From NCBI GenBank assembly GCA_018674305.1, contig JABHAL010000004.1, forward strand, positions 64,446-128,445: DNA of 64,000 nucleotides. Reading direction: 5' to 3'. How positions within the stretch are numbered: the first letter of the stretch is position 1; each line of letters opens with the position of its first letter. This DNA is from Candidatus Falkowbacteria bacterium. Its GTDB lineage: Bacteria > Patescibacteriota > Patescibacteriia > UBA11705 > JABHMO01. Under the pieces are notes generated by a model. It had not been told where the DNA came from. It worked only from the letters and a program-made list of their open reading frames with translations, and did not search any database. The position numbers and the translations under genes are program-made. Positions 39,460 through 51,400 of this stretch are shown here, in pieces.

Positions 39460-42400
39460 ATGAAAAAATATTTTATATTACTTTTTGTAATAGTCGGCTT
39501 TTGTTTTACAGCTGTATCTGCAAGCGCTGCCACTATATACTCCAACAGTTCAACTGGAAACGACACCACAGGTGACGGTACTTCGGGTACTCCATATAAA
39601 ACATTTCATAAAGCATATACTTCAGCTTCAACTGATGATACTCTTGATTTGACCGGTACTTTTAATTGGGCAGATGGTGACGAATCTGGTGACGCATCTT
39701 ATTCAGGTTATACAATTGGGAAAAATATAATTATTCAAGGACAAGGTTCAGATCAAACAATTATTCAAGCTGCTTCAACCGCGCTATCTTCCGGCAAAAG
39801 AGTTTTCACAATTTCAGCCGGTTATTCATTAACTATCCTTGATGCCAATATTAGATACGGTTATCCAACCTCCTATAACTCTGGAGGTTGTATTTTAGTT
39901 AATTCAACTGCCACTCTAACCATAAATCGATCAGAGGTTAATAACTGTAAAGCCCAAACCGGATATGGTGGTGGTATTTATGCTTCCGGTAATACTACTA
40001 TTATTGATTCTGCAATTCATTCGAATGGCGTTTATTATGATGGAGCAGGAATTGTAATTACAGGTGGTGCAAATCTGATTTTAACTAATTCAACCGTCTA
40101 CAACAATGTTGGTTCTGGTAACGCAAACTATAATGGTGGAGGAATCTTGGTCGGAGCAAATGACAATACCACGGCCACAGCAACAATTACCAACTCAACA
40201 ATCACAGATAACTATGCTCGTTATGGAGGTGGCGGTATCTATCTTTCTGGAAATGCCGATCTACGTCTCTATATAAAAAACAGTATCGTAGCCCAAAACG
40301 ACTCCAACAATGGAGGAAACTACAACAACATCTTCAAAGAAACAGCCGCCGTCATTACCAGCAACGGTTACAACATTATCGGAGGATCAAACAGTTATAC
40401 CGCAGCCGCGGGCGACTGGACCGACCAAGGCAACGACGGAACATTTGAACTATATTCAGTAGGTACAACAGGCTCACTAAATTTAGACGCCACACCTTCA
40501 TACAATGACAGTTCACGAAAAACATATACTTACGGAATTTTATCCGGTAGCGTTGCCATTAACAATTCAAATGCTACAGCCAACAACGGAGTTAGCATCC
40601 CTTCAACCGACCAAAGAAATGCCACCCGAGCAGGCGCTGCAGACATCGGTGCATTTGAATACAACGGTACAGGTCTAACAGTTATCGAACCATCAACTCA
40701 AACAACCGATATATCATTCACCCTAGTCGACAACGAACAATTAGCTCTCAGCTGGACAAATGGAAATGGTGACAAAAGAGTCATCTTTGCAAAACAAGCT
40801 AGTTCAGGAACAGCCAGCCCAGTTGACGGTACTTCATATTCAGCCAATTCTGTTCTTGGTAGCGGAGATCAAATCGGCGAAACAGGTTGGTACACCATAT
40901 ACAACGGGGTCGGAACCTCTGTCACTTTGACAGGACTAACAGATTCAACTTCCTATATTTTTCAAGCATTTGAACACAACGGCATAACCGATGGTACAGT
41001 TAACTATTTCACAGATTCGGCTTCAAACAATCCAAAAGTCCAGGCCACCCATACTCCGACAACAATTTATGTCAATTATTCCACTGGAAACGACAGCACC
41101 GGTGACGGATCATCAGGAACCCCTTACAAAACTTTTTACAAAGCATATACCATGTCTTCCGGTGGAGATACCTTGGATTTGACCGGAACCTTTGATTGGT
41201 CAAACGCCGACGAAACTGGTGACGCATCTTCTTCAGGCTATACAATTGGAAAAGATATAATTATTCAAGGACAAGGTGCAGATCAAACAATTATTCAAGC
41301 TGCTTCGACTGCGCTATCTTCCGGTAAAAGAGTTTTTACAATTTCAGCCGGTTATTCATTAACTATTCTTGATGCTAATATAAGATATGGTTATCCAACC
41401 TCATATAGTTCTGGTGGTTGTATTTTGGTTAGTTCAACATCAACCTTAACCATGAACCGATCAGAAGTTAACAACTGTAAAGCCCAAACTGGATATGGTG
41501 GAGGTATTTATGCTGCAGGAGATACGACTATCACTGACTCCTCTATTTATTCAAATAGTGTTTATTACGATGGAGCTGGAATTGTTATTACTGGTGGTGC
41601 AAATCTAATCCTGACGAATTCAACTGTTTACGATAATATCGGAGCTAGTTATCCAAGTTATAATGGTGGTGGAATTTTAATTGGCCAAAATGATAACGCA
41701 ACAGCAACAGCTACAATCACCAATTGTACAATTACCGGCAACTATACACCCTATGGAGGTGGTGGGATTTATCTTTCTGGTAATGCTGGACTTGTTTTGA
41801 ATTTAAAAAATAGTATTGTAGCTGGCAATAGCTCCAATAACGGAGGTCAATATAATAATATTTTTAAGGAAACTGCAGCAACAATTACAAGTAATGGATA
41901 TAATGTTGTTGGAGCTTCTAAATATTTCACCCCCACTACAGGAGATTGGGGAGATCAAGACAATAATGGAACTTATGACTTATATTCAGTAGGCACAACA
42001 GGCTCACTAAATTTAGACTCCACACCTTCATACAATGATAGTTCACGAAAAACATATACTTACGGGATTTTATCCGGTAGCGTTGCCATCAACAATTCAA
42101 ATGCTACCGCCAACAACGGAGTTGGAATCCCCTCAACTGACCAGAGAAATGCCACCCGAGCAGGCGCTGCAGACATCGGTGCATTTGAATACAACGGTAC
42201 AGGTCTAACAGTCATCGAACCATCAACTCAAACAACAGAGATATCATTCACCCTAGTCGACAACGAACAACTAGCTCTCAGCTGGACAAATGGAAATGGT
42301 GACAAGAGAGTCGTCTTTGCCAAGCAAGCTAGCTCAGGAACAGCCAGTCCTGTTGACGGTACTTCATATTCAGCCAATTCTATTCTTGGTAGCGGAGATC

Positions 42401-45400
42401 AAATCGGTGAAACTGGCTGGTACGCTATATACAATGGGGTCGGAACCTCTGTCACTATGACAGGACTAACAGATTCCACTTCCTATATTTTCCAAGCATT
42501 TGAACACAACGGAGTAACCGATGGTACTGTTAACTATTTCACAGATTCGGCTTCAAACAATCCAAAAGTTCAGGCCACCCACACCCCGATAACAATTTAT
42601 GTCAATTATTCCACTGGAAACGACAGCACCGGTGACGGTACTTCTGGTACTCCATATAAAACTTTTCACAAAGCATATACTATGTCTTCCGGTGGAGATA
42701 CCTTGGATTTAACCGGAACCTTTGACTGGTCAAACGCCGACGAAACTGGCGATGTTACCACTTCAGGCTACGTAATTGACAAAGACCTAATCCTCCAAGG
42801 CCAATCAGCCTCAACAACATTCATACAAGCCGCTTCCTCTGCAGAAACAGCCGGCAAAAAGGTTTTTTCAGTTTCCGGTAGTTACGACCTCACAATACAA
42901 GATCTCAACATTAGATATGGCTACCCAACAACATACACTTCAGGCGGTTGTATTAATGTCGGTGGAACAGCGACTTTGACAATGAACCGCTCAGAAGTAA
43001 ATAACTGCAAAGCCTATCGTGGCTACGGAGGGGGAATTTACGCTTCAGGAGACACCACCATCACCAATTCTTCGATTTATTCCAATGGCGTCTATTACGA
43101 CGGAGCTGGAATTGTAATTACCTCCGGAGCAGATCTCATCATGACCAACTCCACCGTCTATAACAACATCGGTCCAGGTTACCCTAGCTACAACGGCGGA
43201 GGAATATTGGTCGGAGCAAATGATAATACCACAGCCACAGCAACAATCACCAATTGTACAATTACCGGCAATTATACTCCCTATGGAGGTGGTGGGATTT
43301 ATGTTTCTGGTAATGCAGGCCTTGTCCTTAATCTTAAAAATACTATTGTAGCTGGCAATACATCAAACAATGGCGGACAATACAATAATGTTTTCAAAGA
43401 AACTGCCGCGACTATCACCAGTAACGGATACAACATAGTCGGAGCTTCAAAATACTACACCGCAGCCACCGGTGACTGGACTGACCAAGACAACAACGGC
43501 ACCTACGATTTGTACTCAATAGGAACAACCGGATCATTAAATCTGGACAGCTCATCAGCAAACAATGACAATACCTATGGCACACTAACCTACGGAATAC
43601 AAAGCAGTAGTATCGCCATCAATAATGCCAATGCTACGGCTAACAATGGAGTTAGTATTCCATCAACCGATCAAAGAGGAGCTGGCCGAAACAGTACCGC
43701 CGACATTGGAGCTTTTGAATACGACGGCGACTATACCATCACCCAGCCGACAACCCAAGCCTCTTCCATCAGCTTCTCATCAGTTAACTTCACCCAAATA
43801 GACCTCAGCTGGACAGCAGGCAACGGATCAAAAAACATTGTCTTCGTAAAACAAGCAAATACCGGCACGGCCTCCCCTGTCGACGAATCAAACTACACTG
43901 CCAATGCGGCCTTTGGTAGCGGTTCCCAAATAAGCTCCACCGGTTGGTATGCTGTATACGACGGTACTGGAACAAGCGTAACCCTAACCGGACTATCTGC
44001 CGGAACCGATTATATTGCCCAAGTATTCACCTACAACGGCATCACCTCAGGTGGAGAAAACTATTTTACAGACACCGCCACCAATAATCCCAATACTCAA
44101 GCAACAGCAGAAGTAACAGAACCAACAACCCAAGCTACAAATATCACTTTTTCTTCAATAGCCTACACCCAGATGACCATCGGTTGGAGCAACGGTGATG
44201 GCACAAAAAGAGTCGTTTTCGTAAAACAAGCCAACACCGGAACAGCTACTCCAGTAGATGACACTGTCTACACCGCCAACACCACTTTTGGCAGCGGAAC
44301 CCAAATTAGCTCCACAGGCTGGTACGCAGTCTACAACAACACCGGCACAAGCGTAACTATTACCGGACTGACTGCAGGCACAGACTACATAGCTCAAGTT
44401 TTCGAATACGACAGCTTCGAATCAACCTATGATTATTTTACCGAGACAGCATCAAACAACCCCAAATCTTCCGCCAGCACTTCAGTAACAACACCCAGCA
44501 CTCAAACCACAAACATTAGCTTCTCTTCAGTCGGATATACTCAAACAGACATTTCATGGTCAAATGGTAACGGAGACGCAAGAATTGTTTTTCTAAAAGA
44601 AGCCAGTACAGGAACAGCTTCCCCAGTAGACGACACCACCTATTCAGCCAATGCAGCATTTGAAAGCGGAACTCAAATAGGATCAACTGGATGGTACACA
44701 GTCTACTCCGGCACAGGAACAAGTGTCACAGTTACAGGTTTATCAACCGGAACAACATACATTGCCCAAGTTTTTGAATACAATACCAGTGGAGCACTCT
44801 CCAAATACTTCACCGATAGCGCTTCAAACAACCCAAAAACTCAAGCAACCAATTCAGTAACAGAACCGACCACCCAATCTAGCAATGTCAGCTTTTCTTC
44901 TGTTACCGGGACTGGATTCACCACTTCCTGGACCAACGGTAACGGTGACGCCAGAGCCGTATTTATAAAACAAGCATCATCAGGCACAGCCGAACCGGTC
45001 GACGACACCACTTATACCGCCAACACAGCCTTTAGTTCAGGTACCCAAATAGGTTCTACCGGTTGGTACTGCGTTTACAATGGAACAAGTACCAACGTAT
45101 CTATTACCGGACTTTCCAGTTCCGCCACTTATCAAGTGCAAGTTTTCGAATACAACGGCGATGCCGGCATTGAAAACTATTTAACCGATTCAGCCTCAAA
45201 CAATCCCAAAAGTCAAGCCACAGCTTCTGAAGTTCAAATTGGCGAAGGAACAGGTTCTCAAAACTATTTACCTTGGGCTAATTATTATCGCTATTCATAC
45301 TCTCAAATGATCTACACCAGCTCTGATATTGGTTCCAACGGATCTATCGATACGATAAAGTTTAAATACAACGGCAACAACACTTATACCTGGAATAACA

Positions 45401-48400
45401 TGGTTGTCTATATGGGCCATACCGACAAAGCTACTTTTTCTTCTGGCAGCGATTGGGTCGCAGTAGGAGATTTGACCCAAGTATATTCTGGTTCAGTATC
45501 CGTAACAGCTGGAGCTTCAGCATGGGATACTATTACACTCGATAGCGAATTTGAATACAACGGATCAGACAATCTAATAATTGCCATCGACAACAATCAC
45601 GGAAGCTACACATCCTCAAGTAGCAAATGGTACTATACTAGCGCTAGTAATACTTTTATTTATAGACAAAGTGATTCAGTCAATTATAGCCCATCCAGCC
45701 CGGGTACTGGTACTCTGAATTCATACCGTCCAAATATAATTCTAAATCTAAATCCTTTAACTCACTCTCTTTCATATTCAGCCGGAGACAACGGCTCAAT
45801 TTCCGGTACAACTTCTCAAACCATTGAAGAAGGCTCAAACGGTACAGCTGTCACCGCAGTCCCAAGCACTGGATACCAATTCGTCAGCTGGAGTGATGGG
45901 TCTACAGCAAACCCAAGAACAGACCTTGACGTCTCTGAAGACGTCACAGTAAGTGCCTCATTTGCCACTCGAGTCTACACTCTAACCTACTCCGCAGGAG
46001 TAAACGGATCCTTGACAGGAGTCACTCCTCAAAACGTCGCCCACAATGGAACAGCCCTCACTGTGACCGCCGTAGCCAACTCTGGATATGTCTTTTCTAC
46101 ATGGTCAGATGGTATCCTTACCGCCGCTAGAACAGATTCCAGTGTAATCGCCGACGCCACTCTAACAGCAACCTTCATCGAATCAACGCCCTACATCTAC
46201 GTCAACAGCTCCACCGGAAACGACAATGTCGGCAATGGAACCTCCGGCAATCCATACAAAACTTTTCACAAAGCCTACACCCAAGCTGAAAATGATTATG
46301 TTATCGATCTAACCGGTACTTTCGACTGGACCAATGCAGCTGAAACTGGCGATGCCAAATACACAGGATATTCCATAGCCAAAGACTTAACCATCCGCGG
46401 ACAAGGCTCAGATGCAACTATCATTCAAGCCGCTTCTGCAGATAATATCGCCGACAGAAGAATTTTTACAATTGCTGCTAACACTACAGTTACTATTCAA
46501 GATCTTGCTATAAGATACGGAAAAATTGATGACAGAACAGGAACAGCATTAAATAATGAAGGCGGTGGTATTTTAAATTTAGGAACAGTCACGGTCAATG
46601 ATTGTGAAATATATAACAACCGAGTGCCAACCGGTTATGGTGGTGGTGGACTATCAAATCGTCATTTAATGACCATCAATGATAGTGCAATCTATAATAA
46701 TATTGCTTACTACATGGGTGGTGGTGTTTTAAATAGTTATACCGTTTCTGCTAGTGGTTATTTAACTATTACTAATTCAACTATTTATTCGAATCAAGTT
46801 ACGCAAGTCATAGCTTATACAGAAGGAGGTGGTGTTCATTTTCGAAAAGGAAACGGAACTATTACAAATACTACAGTAACTAAAAATACTGCTTGTGGAG
46901 TTGCAGGTGTGGGAATGGATGATGCCAATGGCACTGTAAAACTAAAAAATAATATTTTCGCAGGAAATCTGCAAAAAGTTCATTCATATTGCAGTAATGG
47001 CGCCTACCCTAAAGGCTTTGATTTTAGACAAAGTGGCTACGGCAACGTTGTTGATGGTGGAAATAATATTATTGGTGGTTATGCTCAGAATTACAATTTT
47101 ACAGTCAGCACTGATTGGACTGACACTGATCGAGATGGAACTTTTACTAAATATGGGACAGAGACAACTGGCACAATTAATTTCGCTGATGCAGCGGCCT
47201 TGAATTCTAGCCCTAATAAAACAAAAACCTTCGCCGTAACAGAATCAAGTATTGCTATTAATAACGGATCAACTGGAACAAATGGAAATGTTACTGTCTC
47301 AACAATCGACCAAAGAGGTGCAGCTAGAAGCGGAACGGTAGATATTGGTGCGTATGAATATGGTGGTCAATTCCTTAATACTTATACTTTGACTTATTTA
47401 TCAGGACTCGGTGGATATATTTCTGGTACTGCTCTGCAAGAAAATGTTCCTGAAGATGCCAACGGAACAGCCGTCACTCCAACTCCAAATACGGGGTATG
47501 AATTCGTGGATTGGAGCGATGAAGCAACTGACAATCCAAGAACTGATTCCAGTGTTTCTGCTAATGTTTCTGTAACTGCTAATTTTCAAGTCATCACTTA
47601 TGACCTCAGCTACTCAGCTGGAGCAAATGGTTCTTTGACAGGAACAACGTCACAAACTGTTAATTATGGCTCAAATGGTACAGCTGTTACCGCAGTTCCA
47701 GCTGATGGATATAATTTTATTGGTTGGAGTGATGGAGTAGTCACCAATCCTCGCACAGATAGTGGTGTCACTGCTGACGCTACAGTAACGGCCAGCTTTG
47801 CTTCAAATTCTTATAATCTTATTTATACTGCCGGTGCAAACGGTTCTTTAACGGGCACTGCAACTCAGTTAGTTACCTCTGGCGCAGATGGATCTGCTGT
47901 AACTGCCGTTCCTGCTACCGGATATGCCTTTGTAAATTGGAGTGACAGCTCAACAGCTAATCCACGAACTGATACCAGTGTAGGCTCCAATTTGTCAGTC
48001 ACTGCAAATTTTTCTACCGTAAACTACACTCTTACATATTCCGCCGGATCAAATGGTTCTTTGACAGGAACAGCATCGCAAACTGTTAGTTATGCGGCTG
48101 ACGGTACAGCTGTGACAGCCGTACCTAGCGCTGGCTACTCCTTTGTTAATTGGAGTGACGCTTCAACTGATAATCCACGAACTGATACCAGTATTTCAGG
48201 AGATGTTACTGTCACTGCAAATTTTTCAATGAATACTTTTACTTTAACGTATACGGTCGATTATAGAGGAACGCTTACCGGCAGCGCTTCGCAAACAATT
48301 AATTATGGGGAAAACGGCACAGCTATAACTGCGGTTGCTAATTCAGGGTTTACTTTTTTTAGATGGAGTGATGGGTCAACAAATAATCCAAGAACTGACA

Positions 48401-51400
48401 CTAATATAACGAGCAACAAAAGTGTTCGAGCTTATTTTATCTTAGCTGCCTTCACTTCAGCATATACTGCTGGAACTAATGGAACTCTCGTTGGGCAAAC
48501 AAGTCAATCTTCCTATTACGCAGGAAGCAATAGACCGGTTGTGGCTATTCCAAATGAAGGTTACACCTTTCTCAGCTGGAGTGATGGTGTAACAACCGAT
48601 AAGAGAACTGATCTTGGTCTTTCTGAGAATATTAATGTAACTGCAAATTTTGCGCTAAAAACATACAGCCTGGAATATACAGCTGGTGCCAATGGCTCTG
48701 TCACAGGGACAACGTCACAAACCATAAATTATGGAGATACTGGATCAGCAATAACTGCTGTACCAAATTCTAGATTTAGTTTTGTTAAATGGAGTGATGG
48801 ATCAATTACTAATCCGAGAACTGATACTGGTGAAAATATTAATGTTAATGCTGTTTTTGGTGTAGATAGATATGCTTTAACATATGTGGCAGGCTCGAAT
48901 GGCACCGTAACTGGAACAACTTCTCAAACACTTTCCGCCGGAGAAAATGGAACTGCTATTACCGCCACACCAAATTCTGGATATGCCTTTTCTAGCTGGA
49001 GTGACAGTTCAACTGACAACCCAAGGACAGATACAAATATTTCTTCCAGCATGTACCTGACTGCCAACTTTACAATTAATACTTTTACTCTTTCATATTC
49101 AGCTGGTGACAATGGCTCTCTGACCGGAACAACCTCACAATCTGTGAATTATTCCGCTGACAGTACCGCGGTAACTGCGGTTCCTGATAGCGGATATCAC
49201 TTTGTAAATTGGAGTGATGGAAGTGCACAAAATCCTAGAACTGATGTAAATGTTTCCGCAAACGTTTCTATATCTGCAACCTTTGCGGAAAACAGAGCAG
49301 CAACAACCATTTACGTTAATAATTCAACTGGAAATGACACAACTGGTGATGGCAGTTCTGATACTCCTTACAAAACATTTCACAAAGGATATATTATGTC
49401 TGCTACTGGCGATATTTTGGACTTGACCGGCACCTTCACTTGGACTGACGCTGCGGAAATTGGAGACTACTACAAACAAGGTTATGTGCTTACAAAAAAC
49501 TTGACCGTACAAGGGCAAGGTGCAGACACGACAATTATTCAGGCTGCCAGCCGAGACAACAGTGCCAATCGAAGAGTTTTTACTGTTGTTTCTGGAGCAA
49601 CTGTAACTTTTCAAAATTTAACTGTCAGATATGGTCGGGTTTTTGGCTATCAAAGTGATGGAGGTGGAATTAGAAATGATGGAATAACGACGATTGATGA
49701 TTGCGAGATCTACAATAATCGTTCAGCTTCAGATTCTGGTGGTGGTATTTCGAATAGACATACTTTAACTGTTACTAATAGTTCTATTTATAATAATGTT
49801 GCTTATTACATGGGAGGAGGAATTGTTAACAGTTTCTATGTTGATCCTTCTGGTTATTTAACAGTTACCAATTCAACAATTGCCTATAATCAACAAACTA
49901 CTGGAATTGCTTACACAGAAGGTGGTGGAATACATATCAGAAAAGGTAGTGCAACGATTACTAATTCAACAATTGCCTATAATACAGCTACAGGTGTTGC
50001 GGGCCTTGGCATAGATGACTCCGATGGAACGATAACAATTAAAAATACAATTATTGCCAATAATATTAAACGAAACAGTGATTATTATGTTGACTTTGGC
50101 TTCCGAGCCAGTGGTCAAGGCAATGTTGTTGATAATGGAAATAATATTGTTGGTGTTTCTCAGAACTATACATGGTCTGGAACTGGCGACTGGTCGGATG
50201 TCGATCGTGACGGTACATTTCTTTTGAATAACTCAATAACTACCGGCTCATTGAATTTAAATTCGTATTTGGCATTTAACGGCAACACCAATAAAACCAA
50301 AACTCTCTCCGTTTCAACCGGAAGTGTGGCTATTGATTACGGAACTACTGGCACTAACGGAGCAGTTAGTGTGCCGACAGCTGATCAAAGAGATTTCATA
50401 AGAGAGTCTACACCAGATATTGGATCGTTTGAATTCTTAAGTGCACCTGATGATACAACGGACCCTGTTATTTCCGACATTTCGTCCACGCCAACTTCAA
50501 CAACCGCTGTTATTACCTGGACAACTGATGAGGCAACCTCATCCCAAATTATTTATGATCCTAATCAAATCCGTTCAACGGCTTCTGATGTTTCAAATGT
50601 AGATACTGGGGTTACCAGCCATGAAATAACCTTATCTGATCTTGTTTCCTGTACAAAATATTATTATGTTGTCACCTCGACTGATTCATCTGGCAATACA
50701 GCCCTCAGCGCTGAAAATACTTTTATTACTACTGGTTGTGCGGGTAACGCTTCTGTAGGAACCATTAATGAAACAACCGCGATTCCCGAATATGGTGGTA
50801 CAATAAATCAATCAGGTGATGATTTTACTTTTGCAATGACCATTCCGGAAAGTTTTTCAGAGGATCCCGCAGATTTTCAAATTAAAAGTTTAGATTCGGC
50901 TACTGTTATATCTGCTCTTTCTTCTCCAACTAATTATAATAAAATCGGCGATAACATTTTCGATATAAAGGCCCTTGATACTCCTTCTTCAACTGTCAGT
51001 GAGTTTGATTCTGATGTTGAAATAACAATTACCTATGATGAAGAAGATATTGCTGGTCTCCAGGAAAGTACATTGAAACTTCATCGAAATGATGACGACG
51101 AATGGTTTGAATTAGCCGACTGTGTTGTTGATCCTGACGCCAACTCGGTTACTTGTTCTACAAATAACTTTTCCGTTGTTGGTCTTTTCGGTGAGGCAAT
51201 TGCCTATAACTTAACCTACATCGCAGGATCTAATGGTTCCATAACTGGAACAACTGAACAAACAATTGATACTGGAGAAAATGGAACTGAGGTTACAGCT
51301 GTACCTGAAAACGGTTACCAATTCTCAAGCTGGAGTGACGAATCTTTAGATAATCCAAGAACTGATTTAAGTGCAAGTGCTGATATAACAGTAACCGCAA

